Source of the DNA: an uncultured Actinomycetota bacterium
Lineage (GTDB): Bacteria > Actinomycetota > Actinomycetes > JAFAQI01
NCBI GenBank assembly: GCA_963770565.1
Contig: CAVYQE010000001.1
Coordinates: 800,001 to 864,000 of the forward strand
Length of the DNA stretch: 64,000 nucleotides
Direction: 5' to 3'
Part shown: positions 38,866 to 47,629 of the stretch, one piece after another
Layout: every line of letters starts with the position of its first letter
Position numbering within the stretch: position 1 is the first letter of the stretch
The notes under the pieces: generated by a model
Database searches by the model: none
What the model was told of the DNA's origin: nothing
What the model saw: the letters and a program-made list of their open reading frames with translations, nothing else
Made by a program: the position numbers and the translations under genes

Positions 38866-39516
38866 TTAGGGGTCGAGGCGGGGGAGCTCGGGGATGGTCA
38901 CACCCAAGGTGTGGGTGACGCGCTCGGTCCGGGCGTGCGCCGCCAGCTCGGCCGGATCGGCACCGGCCACCAGCACGATCGATCCGCTGACCTCGAGCGG
39001 CGCGATCAGCCCGTAGGACAGCGCGTCCGCGGTGTCGAAGGGCAGGACCGTGAGCACGCGAGCGGCGTACGGCAGGTCAGGTGCGGCCGCTTCGACCAGG
39101 TCGGCGCCGCTGGGGTCGACCGGGACGAAGGCGTCGGGTTGGGCCGCGACCAGCCGGCTGAAGTCGGCCCCCATCGGCGCGAGCGACAGCGCGATCACTT
39201 CGCCGTCGGCGTCCGCATCCGCGGTGGTGACGGTGAGTACGCCGCCCGGATCGAACGAGACCTGGGCGCCCACCGACCAGCAGCTGAGCAGGACCACGAT
39301 CGCCTGCCAGTGCATCGGGAGCCGGACCGTCACCAGGTCGCCGGGGTCGACGCCGTGCTCATCGACCAGGAGGTTCGCGGTCTTCGCGACCCAGTTCGCC
39401 ATCGTGGCAACGGAAAGCTCCACCCGCTCCCCGGTCCGGTCGTCGTAGGAGGTGATCAGCGGACGCGACCCGTCGCGCGAGAGCTGGTCGGACAGCAGGT
39501 CGGCGGGGGTCGTCAC
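38866..39516 (-). CDS. TIGR03089 family protein
   Basis: P.IT.YDD.TGERVELS..T.ANWVAKTANLL, LP.HWQ. Confidence 0.88.
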   Translation of the reverse strand: MTTPADLLSDQLSRDGSRPLITSYDDRTGERVELSVATMANWVAKTANLLVDEHGVDPGDLVTVRLPMHWQAIVVLLSCWSVGAQVSFDPGGVLTVTTADADADGEVIALSLAPMGADFSRLVAAQPDAFVPVDPSGADLVEAAAPDLPYAARVLTVLPFDTADALSYGLIAPLEVSGSIVLVAGADPAELAAHARTERVTHTLGVTIPELPRLDP

Positions 39517-39654
39517 CCCGCAAGGATCCGCTAGTCGTCGTCCGGGTGAACGAATGGGTGTCGCACCTGCAGCGGACCGCGTCGAGGGTTACGCTGAATG
39601 CCGGACCAACAAGACAAACTTCAACGCTCAGATCAGACGGGGAGGGAGCCGCTC

Positions 39655-40782
39655 GTGGCCCCCCGAGTGCTGGTCGACGCGACCGCCGTCCCGGCCGACC
39701 GGGGTGGGGTGGGGCGCTACGTCGACGGCCTTCTCGGCGCGCTGGGCAGCGCCGGTGCCGACCTTGCCATCGTCTGCCAGCGCGCGGACGCAGAGCGCTA
39801 TTCACTCCTTGCGCCGCAGGCGGTTGTCGTCCCCGGGCCAGCCGCGATCGCGCATCGCCCGGCCCGCCTCGCGTGGGAGCAGACCGGACTTCCGCTGGTC
39901 GCTCAGCAGCTCGCGGCCGAGGTCGTCCACTCGCCGCATTACACGATGCCGCTGCGGGTCGGCATCCCGGTCGTGGTGACGATCCACGACGCGACCTTCT
40001 TCACCCAGCCGGAAGCGATCACCGCGGTCAAGGGCACGTTCTTCCGGTCAGCGACTCGTACGGCGCTGCGCCGCGCCACCCGGGTGATCGTCCCGAGCAA
40101 GGCGACCCGCGACGAACTGATTCGGGTCCTCGACGCCGACCCGACGCTGATCGACGTCGCCTACCACGGTGTCGACCCGCAGCTGTTCCACGTCCCGACC
40201 GACGCGGACAAGGCGCGAGTGGCGGCCCGGCTCGGGTTGCACGGCTCGTACATCGCGTTCCTCGGGGTGCTCGAGCCGCGTAAGAACGTGCCGGCCCTGA
40301 TCCGCGGCTGGGTCGAGGCGGTCAGCTGGCGCGACGATCCGCCCGCCCTGGTGCTGGCCGGGGGCAGCGGCTGGGACGACGACGTCGACATCGCGATCGC
40401 CGAGGTGCCGAGCCATCTTCGCGTCGTCCGGCCTGGCTACCTGCGATTTGCCGATCTGCCCGGGTTCCTGGGCGGCGCGACCGTGGTGGCCTTTCCGAGC
40501 CACGGCGAGGGTTTCGGCCTGCCGGTGCTCGAGGCGATGGCCTGCGGCACTCCGGTGCTCACCACCCAGCGGCTGTCGCTGCCCGAGGTGGGCGGCGACG
40601 CGGTGGCCTACACCGAGCCCGACGCGGCGTCGATCGGGGCGGCGCTGTCCGCCCTTCTGGACGACGAGGCGCGTCGTCACAGCCTGTCCGAGGCCGCGCT
40701 CAGCCGGTCCCGGGAGTTCACCTGGCAGGCCAGTGCCGAGGCCCACCTCGCGTCCTACGCCCGCGCTGCATCACAGGGCTGA
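39655..40782 (+). CDS. Glycosyltransferase family 4
   Basis: GGVGRY, TIHD, EPRKN, EGFGLPVLEAMACG. Confidence 0.9.
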   Translation: MAPRVLVDATAVPADRGGVGRYVDGLLGALGSAGADLAIVCQRADAERYSLLAPQAVVVPGPAAIAHRPARLAWEQTGLPLVAQQLAAEVVHSPHYTMPLRVGIPVVVTIHDATFFTQPEAITAVKGTFFRSATRTALRRATRVIVPSKATRDELIRVLDADPTLIDVAYHGVDPQLFHVPTDADKARVAARLGLHGSYIAFLGVLEPRKNVPALIRGWVEAVSWRDDPPALVLAGGSGWDDDVDIAIAEVPSHLRVVRPGYLRFADLPGFLGGATVVAFPSHGEGFGLPVLEAMACGTPVLTTQRLSLPEVGGDAVAYTEPDAASIGAALSALLDDEARRHSLSEAALSRSREFTWQASAEAHLASYARAASQG

Positions 40783-40790
40783 CCGCCCTC

Positions 40791-41861
40791 GTGGAGGCGG
40801 TCATCCTGGTCGGCGGCCAGGGAACCCGGCTGCAGCCGCTGACTCTCCGCACCCCGAAGCCGATGTTGCACCTGGCCGGCGTGCCGTTCCTCGCCCATCA
40901 GGTTGCGCGCCTCGCCGCCGCCGGGGTCGATCACGTCGTGCTGGCGACGTCGTACCTGCCGGAGGTGTTCAGCGACTACTTCGGCACCGGATCGGACCTC
41001 GGGATCCGGATCGACTACGTCACCGAGGACGCCCCGCTCGGGACGGGCGGCGGCATTCGCAACGTCGTCGACCGGCTCGAGTCGGCGCCGGACGCTCCGG
41101 TGCTGGTCATCAACGGCGACGTCTTGTCGGGACATGACATCCATGCCCAGCTCGACCTGCACCGGCGGCGTAACGCGGCGGTCACGCTGCACTTGGTCGA
41201 GGTCGCCGATGCCCGCGCTTTTGGTTGCGTGCCAACGGATTCGCATGGACGGGTGACCGGCTTCATCGAGAAGTCCGAGCGGCCGGTGACCAATCGGATC
41301 AACGCCGGCTGTTACGTCTTCACCCGCTCGGTGATCGACGAGATCCCGGCGGGTCGTCCGGTGTCGGTGGAGCGCGAGACCTTCCCCGATCTGCTAGCGG
41401 CGCGGGCGGTGGTGATGGGGTACATCGATTCGTCGTACTGGCTGGACGTCGGCACCCCGAGCGCGTTCGTCACCGGAAGCTCGGATGTCGTGCGCGGCGT
41501 GCTGGCGTCGCCGGCATTGGCCGGGCCGACCGGCGAGGCCTTGGTCGATGCGAGCGCGGTCGTGCACCCGAGTGCTGAAGTGTCGGGCGGCTCGGCGCTC
41601 GCCGCCAACGTGCGGATCGAGACGGACGCGGTCGTGGACGGGTCGGTACTCGCTGACGACGTCCATGTCGCGGCCGGCGCGCGAGTGACCCGGTGCTTGG
41701 TCGGCGCCGGCGCGACGATCGGTACGGGTGCAACCCTCGCGGATGCGGTGATCGGTGACGGGGCGCGGATCGGCGCGAACAACGACCTCGCCGCCGGCAT
41801 TCGGGTCTGGACCGGTGCGGTCATCCCCGATTCCGCGATTCGCTTCTCTCCGCTGCCCTGA
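40791..41861 (+). CDS. manC: NDP-sugar synthase / mannose-1-phosphate guanylyltransferase
   Basis: GGQGTRL.PLT...PKP, EK, INAG.Y, W.DVGTP; C-terminal hexapeptide repeats. Confidence 0.85.
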   Translation: MEAVILVGGQGTRLQPLTLRTPKPMLHLAGVPFLAHQVARLAAAGVDHVVLATSYLPEVFSDYFGTGSDLGIRIDYVTEDAPLGTGGGIRNVVDRLESAPDAPVLVINGDVLSGHDIHAQLDLHRRRNAAVTLHLVEVADARAFGCVPTDSHGRVTGFIEKSERPVTNRINAGCYVFTRSVIDEIPAGRPVSVERETFPDLLAARAVVMGYIDSSYWLDVGTPSAFVTGSSDVVRGVLASPALAGPTGEALVDASAVVHPSAEVSGGSALAANVRIETDAVVDGSVLADDVHVAAGARVTRCLVGAGATIGTGATLADAVIGDGARIGANNDLAAGIRVWTGAVIPDSAIRFSPLP

Positions 41862-41867
41862 TCGCCG

Positions 41868-42851
41868 TCACGAGGGACGTACGACGTGAACGACGGCTGT
41901 GCCGCCGTCGACCTGGATCTGACCACGGAGGTCCTCGGCAGCGAGGGCGGTGAGTAGCCGACCGACCGCGATCCCGACCGTGAGCGGGTCGCCCGACACG
42001 ATGACGGTGCTCCCGTCGGGGCTGACCGACAGTGTGACGTCGACAGCGCCGAGAGCGGCGACCGCTCGCGCGACCGGTGCGGGATCGGGGTTACGGCTGT
42101 AGTCGGAACCGCCCGGGGCCGGTGTGCTGTCGAGCACGACCTGGCGCATGGCCTCGCGGGTGCCGAGGCGAAACATGTCATGGGCCGCTGAGCGGACCAG
42201 CGGCCGCGCACCGAGATCAGAATCGTTGCGGCTGAAGGGGAAACCGCGGATGACGGCAACTGGCGTCGAGCTGAGCTTGCCCTTCACGAGGTCGGCGGCC
42301 GATGCCAGCTCGTCGGCGATCGCGACCAGGGTCGCCTCTAGCGGCCGGCCTGATGTGTCGGGTTGTCCGCGCAGATCCCACCTCACGTCGATGCCGGCCG
42401 CGCCGATCGCGGTGTCGACGACGCCGTCCCGCCAGGGCCGACCCATCGTGTCGCTCACGATCACCGCGACGTCGACACCGATCCCGGCACGCAGACCCGC
42501 GCGGATTCGGCCGGCCGAAGCGTCGGGATCGAGCGGGAGCAGCGCCACGGTCCCATCGGGCACGTTGCTGGCGTCGATACCGGCGGCCGCGAGCACGAAG
42601 CCGTGCCGGGTCTCGACGATCTGTGTGTCGCCGCGACGGGCAACCACTCGCGTGGTCTCAGCGACGAGATGGTCGTCGCGGCTGCCGGCAACGAGGCGGC
42701 CCTCGGCCTTCGACACGATCTTGCTCGTGACGACGACGACGTCGAGGTCCTGCAGCCCCGGGTCGGCGCGAATGATCAGGGTGGCGATGTCGTCGCCTTC
42801 GGCGATCTCCGGCAGTCCCTCGACGCCCCAGATCTCGAGCCGCGCGGTCAC
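41868..42851 (-). CDS. cofE: Coenzyme F420-0:L-glutamate ligase with short C-terminal extension
   Basis: GLPE, TSKIVSKAEG, AAGIDASN, SDTMGRPWR, ADELA.AADLVKGK. Confidence 0.92.
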   Translation of the reverse strand: MTARLEIWGVEGLPEIAEGDDIATLIIRADPGLQDLDVVVVTSKIVSKAEGRLVAGSRDDHLVAETTRVVARRGDTQIVETRHGFVLAAAGIDASNVPDGTVALLPLDPDASAGRIRAGLRAGIGVDVAVIVSDTMGRPWRDGVVDTAIGAAGIDVRWDLRGQPDTSGRPLEATLVAIADELASAADLVKGKLSSTPVAVIRGFPFSRNDSDLGARPLVRSAAHDMFRLGTREAMRQVVLDSTPAPGGSDYSRNPDPAPVARAVAALGAVDVTLSVSPDGSTVIVSGDPLTVGIAVGRLLTALAAEDLRGQIQVDGGTAVVHVVRPS

Positions 42852-43831
42852 GACCCGGCCTCGGCGGCAAGGTCGAGGGCAGCCGACGCAATCGCGGCGG
42901 CGGCGTCGAGGTCCGTCATCAGCAGCGGTAGCGCCCGAGCGCGCAGCCCGAGGCTGTGCAGGGCCGGCACGGCCTCGGCATCGACGGTGTCGACCAGCCA
43001 GCCATCGATGAGACCTCCGGCCCCACGCCGGCCGTAGTGGCTCCCGACGGCAAGCGCCGACGTCTCGACGCCGATTGCGGCAAGGCACGCGTCCGCCATG
43101 CCCCGGACCGGAGCACCGCCGAGGATCGGTGACACCCCGACCACAGGTGCGGCGGTCGCCTCGAGTGCTGCCGCGATGCCCGGCACGTCGAGGATCACCC
43201 CGACCGACACGACCGGGTTGCTCGGCGGCAGCACGACGACGTCGGCATCACGGATGGCCTCGACGACGCCGGGCGCAGGTTTCGCGGACTCCCTACCGAC
43301 GAGGTCGAAGCCGGTCGCCGCGATCGCGGCATGTAGCCGCACCCACCACTCCTGGAAGTGCACCCGCCGACCGTCGACGAGGCCGACGTAGGTCTCGATC
43401 GGGCTGTCGGTCGCGGGCAGCAACCGCACTCCGGGCTGCCAGCGCTCGCAAAGCCGCCGGGTGACCTCGGACAACGGCACTCCGCCGGCAAGCCAGGTCG
43501 TACGGAGCAGATGGGTGGCCAGATCGAGGTCCCCGAGCCCGAACCACGACCGTACGGCGTCTGAGCCGGACGACTCGTCGAGCCTTGCGGCGTACTCGAC
43601 GAGTTCGTCGCGGATCCTGAACGTCTCACCCTCGCGACCCCAGCCGCGCTCGGCGGAGATCCCGCTGCCGAGGGTGTACATGACGGTGTCGAGGTCCGGA
43701 CAGATCCGCAGTCCGAGCATGGTGATGTCGTCGCCGGTGTTGGCGATCACCGTGATTTCGTGACCGAGCTCGCGCAGGCCGAGCAGGAATCGGGCCCCGC
43801 CGACTCCGCCCGAGAGCACCGTGACACGCAC
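42848..43831 (-). CDS. cofD: 2-phospho-L-lactate/PEP transferase (F420 biosynthesis)
   Basis: GGVGGARF, NTGDD, PDLDT, GD.DLA, HFQEWWV, PSNP..S. Confidence 0.93.
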   Translation of the reverse strand: MRVTVLSGGVGGARFLLGLRELGHEITVIANTGDDITMLGLRICPDLDTVMYTLGSGISAERGWGREGETFRIRDELVEYAARLDESSGSDAVRSWFGLGDLDLATHLLRTTWLAGGVPLSEVTRRLCERWQPGVRLLPATDSPIETYVGLVDGRRVHFQEWWVRLHAAIAATGFDLVGRESAKPAPGVVEAIRDADVVVLPPSNPVVSVGVILDVPGIAAALEATAAPVVGVSPILGGAPVRGMADACLAAIGVETSALAVGSHYGRRGAGGLIDGWLVDTVDAEAVPALHSLGLRARALPLLMTDLDAAAAIASAALDLAAEAGS

Positions 43832-43960
43832 GCGGTGCAGTCTCGCTTACCGCTCGAAGTCGGTTGCATGCAGACGTCGTGTCACGGGCCGTGCCAAGGA
43901 CTTCGCGTGGCAGGCTGAGGTCGACCAGATCGCGTCGGCAGGTCGTGCAAGGAGTTCATC

Positions 43961-44935
43961 GTGGACACAGATCCCTACTCGGTGACGGCGGGCGAGCAAG
44001 CCGCCTTGTCGCGTCGGCTCGACGTGCTGGTGGGGTCGGGGGAGCGCGACCGGGTCGTGGATCTGACCGACCGGGTCGACGCGGCACCGGATCACGCGAT
44101 CGAGGCGCGGCTCGCCGCGATCGAGGCCAGCCTCGAGCGGTTGGCCGGTCTCGAAGCGACCATCTCGCGGCTGCAGGATGCCGTGATCGACGGCTTTGCC
44201 GACATCAGCAGCCGGGTGGCCGAGGAGGTCGGCGGCGCACTGTCGCGAATGGAGCAGGCCAACACCGCGGTCCGGGCCAGCTTCACCGCCGACCTTGCTG
44301 CGGTGCGTTCCGACCTGGCCGACGCGCTCGAGGAGGTCGAGCAGCACGGTGCGACGGCGCATTCGGTTCTCGAGTCGGTGCAGAACGAGGTGAAGGCGGG
44401 CCTCAACGACATGAGCCGCGCGCTGTCCGGACAACTCGGTGCGATTCGCGGAGTCACCGGCACCCTCGGCGGCAGCACGGACCGGCTCGTCGGTGCCGGC
44501 CAGGCCCTGCTCGCCTACCTCGGCGAACGCGATCAGTGGTTGGAACGTGAGCGCGACCGGGTGCTGCACGACGTGCTCGAGGAGTTCGCCAATGGCTTGT
44601 CGGGCCGCGGCCGGCGATCGCTGACCGGCCGGATGCGCGAGGTCGTGGACCGGCGTCGCGATGCGCGTGATGCCGAGCGGTTCCGGCGTACTCAGGACGG
44701 GGCGACGGTCATCGAGATCCCGTCTGTTCCGCCGGAGCTCGCCGTGCTGTCCGAGCCGATCCAGCCGTCGGAGCCATTCAGCGGGCCGGACTCGACTGAC
44801 TCGAGCTTCCGGGTCGTCGCGGCCAAGCCGCGGGCCACCTCGTCGGCCAAGAAGCCGACGAAGCCGGCGAAGCCCAAGCCGAAGCAGGCGACCTCGGCAG
44901 CGGCCGGGCGATCCGGCGGCCGGCCCGCCGGCTAG
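43961..44935 (+). CDS. Coiled-coil hypothetical protein with Lys/Pro-rich tail
   Basis: AAGGAG SD; long amphipathic helical region; basic low-complexity C-terminus. Confidence 0.7.
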   Translation: MDTDPYSVTAGEQAALSRRLDVLVGSGERDRVVDLTDRVDAAPDHAIEARLAAIEASLERLAGLEATISRLQDAVIDGFADISSRVAEEVGGALSRMEQANTAVRASFTADLAAVRSDLADALEEVEQHGATAHSVLESVQNEVKAGLNDMSRALSGQLGAIRGVTGTLGGSTDRLVGAGQALLAYLGERDQWLERERDRVLHDVLEEFANGLSGRGRRSLTGRMREVVDRRRDARDAERFRRTQDGATVIEIPSVPPELAVLSEPIQPSEPFSGPDSTDSSFRVVAAKPRATSSAKKPTKPAKPKPKQATSAAAGRSGGRPAG

Positions 44936-45052
44936 TCCGCCCGAGGCGAGCACCGACTGTCCGGCGTACGACTGACGACGGTCGAGTGTGATCGAAACTT
45001 CGTATTAAGACACGCACGTGATTCCCAGGTATTTGATCTTGAGAGGGCTAGC

Positions 45053-47034
45053 GTGCGGTCATACGAGCTAACGGAAGCTCAAAACACGCGTCGGAGACAA
45101 CTCCGCGCTACGGGCGCCGTACGGTACTTCGCGGGGCAGCCGTGCTCGGTGCGGCAAGTGCCGCGCCGATGCTGTGGAACCCGCTTCCGGCGATGGCGGC
45201 AGTGCCGGCGATCGGACCGGAGTGGCTCGCCTACGGTCCCGATCCGACCTCGCAAATGTTCGTGTCGTGGTCGATGGGGTCGGCCACCGGAGCGGTCCAG
45301 AAGGTCCTCACCCCGAAGGTTCGCTGGGGCCTGACGAGCAGTCCGTACAGCAATGTCGCACCCGCGGACAGTGCGCAGACCGTGGTCATCCCCACCCCGC
45401 CGCTGTCGGAGCCGGCCGAGAACACGGTCTACTACCACAAGCTCTTGAGCGGCCTCACGCCCGCAACGACGTACCACTACTCGGTCAGCAACGACGGCAT
45501 CGCGTGGAGTCCGGACGCGACCCTCGCGACCGCGCCGAGCGTTCCGGCGAACTTCCGGTTCACCGCCTTCGGCGACGAGGCCGCGAACGCCGCGACCGCG
45601 GGACCGATGGTTTCGCTCGTGGCGGCGCTGCGACCCGCGCTGCATCTCGTGGCCGGCGACCTGGCGTACGCGACTCCCGAGGGGCTGAAGTATCCGGACG
45701 TCACCGGCTTCTACCCGCCGCAGTGGGACAAGTACTTGTCAATGGTGGGTCCGGTCACACAGTCGCTGCCCTGGATGTCATCGGTCGGTGCACACGAGGT
45801 GGAGCCGCTCGGGCTCGACGGCTACGCCGGGTATGTCGCGAGATTCGCTCAGCCCTACGACCAGAGCTCCGGCTCCCCAGTCGTGTTCACCTTCCGCTAC
45901 GGCAACGTGGCGTTCATCCATCTCGACGGCAACGAGCTGTCCGCGCAGGTGACGATCAACACCGGATACAGCGCCGGCGCACAGACGGCCTGGCTCGGCA
46001 CACAACTGGCGAAGTGCCGCACCGCCGGAAGCGGGATCGACTTCATCGTCGTCGTGTGCAACTGCTGCTGCTACTCGACGAACGTCGAACACGGCTCGGA
46101 CGGCGGGCTGCGCGACGTCTGGTCGCCGCTGTTCGACCAGTACCAGGTGGACCTCGTGATCAGCGGCCACGTGCACGCGTACGAGCGCACGAACCCGATC
46201 ATCGGTGGCCACGTGACGCGACACGTCGCGCCGGGCGGCACAATCAGTCCGGTCACCGACGGAACCACGTACGTCTGCGTCGGCGGAGGTGGCAACGGGC
46301 TCTATGCATCCTGGTACGGCGCCACCGACTCAGGCGATGCCGGCAGCACCACCGCGCCGAAGGTGTGGCGCTGGACCGGCGGTGACACCGCCCTCGGTGG
46401 CACCGGAAAAGCGGTGCAAGTGGTCGATGGTGCGGTCGGCTTTTCGGCGGTCAGGCGCGCGGCGTACCACTGTCTCGTGGTCGACGTGACGGCACCGGCG
46501 GCGGGCACCGGTCAGACCACGCTGAGCGTGTCGACCGTGATGCCGGCGCAGACGGCCTCGGCGGTCACGAGCATCTCGTCCCGGTCGGTCATCGACAGCT
46601 TCACCCTGGTCCGGACCTCGCCGCAGGCCACGCCGTCGCCCAGCCCGACCTCCAGCCCGACGCCGACGCAGACGCCATCGCAGACCCCCTCGCCCACTGA
46701 TTCGCCGACCCCGACCGACAGTCCGACCCTCACCAACAGTCCGTCGCCGACCGATAGCCCCAGCCCGTCCGACAGTCCGTCGCCGACCGATAGGCCCAGC
46801 CCGTCCGACAGTCCGTCGCCGACCGACAGTCCGTCGCCGACCGGCAGTCCGTCGCCGACCGGCAGTCCGTCGCCGACCGACAGCCCGACCGACCCGCCAT
46901 CGCCGACGCCGAGCCCCTCGCCGATCGACAGCCCCACCCCCACCGACAGCCCCAGCCCGACCGGCAGTCCGACCCCGACGGACCCTCCGACCGATTCGCC
47001 CTCGCCGTCCCCGACCGGGTGTCCCGCGTCGTGA
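45053..47034 (+). CDS. Tat-exported purple-acid-phosphatase-like metallophosphoesterase with FN3 domain and Pro/Thr/Ser tail (start region has an apparent 1-nt frameshift)
   Basis: GRRTVLRG Tat motif in the main frame; GDLAY, GAHE, SGHVH.YER; the SD-linked GTG 45053 is out of frame. Confidence 0.78.
46615..47020 (+). repeat. Pro/Ser/Thr tandem repeat (18-bp GACAGTCCGTCGCCGACC-type units)
   Basis: Encodes (DSPSPT)n at the phosphatase C-terminus. Confidence 0.85.
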
Positions 47035-47083
47035 ACGACGGCCGCGAATCCCCGGGCAGAGCGGTGCATTACCACCCACCCAC

Positions 47084-47113
47084 TTGACTTTTCGGCTATG
47101 ACGCGCGTGTAAT
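47084..47113 (+). promoter_or_regulatory. Housekeeping-sigma-type whiB promoter
   Basis: TTGACT-N18-TGTAAT about 100 bp upstream of whiB. Confidence 0.55.
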
Positions 47114-47209
47114 TCCACACGTGTTATTCGCCGTGAGCCGAACCATCGTGCTGACCAGGACACTCCGCGCGTCATCTGTCGGGTGCGCGCACCGTGAAGC
47201 GGAGGCGCT

Positions 47210-47473
47210 ATGACCGAGCCGCTGATCCTGCTGGATCCCGACGACGAGCCGCAGACGCTGCCGTGGCAAGAGGAGGCGTTGTGCGCTCAGACCGACCCGG
47301 AAGCCTTCTTCCCCGAGAAGGGCGGGTCGACCCGGGAGGCCAAGCGCGTGTGCGGCCGATGCGACGTTCGCGGCGAGTGCCTGTCCTACGCGCTCGCCCA
47401 CGACGAGCGGTTCGGCATCTGGGGCGGGTTGTCGGAGCGCGAACGCCGTAGGTTGAAGCGCCGCGTCGTCTAG
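47210..47473 (+). CDS. whiB: WhiB (WhiB2/WhmD-type) Fe-S transcription factor
   Basis: WQ..ALCAQTDPEAFFPEKGGSTREAK..C..C.V..EC, GIWGG. Confidence 0.96.
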   Translation: MTEPLILLDPDDEPQTLPWQEEALCAQTDPEAFFPEKGGSTREAKRVCGRCDVRGECLSYALAHDERFGIWGGLSERERRRLKRRVV

Positions 47474-47629
47474 TCCAGATGAACGCTGGCCGCCAGCCTC
47501 CATCTGGCCATCGACGACAGTCTTCTCGTGTTGCTCTGAGTGATCGCCGTTCATCGGACGGTCGGGGCCGGTGACATAGGCTGAGCCGCTGCCCGGCGGA
47601 TCGGGCCCGCCTGTGATGACACCTTCCTG

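Noticed and set aside
46615-47020. Non-coding repeat array or DGR-like template
   Set aside because: In-frame Pro/Ser/Thr codon repeats; no reverse transcriptase.
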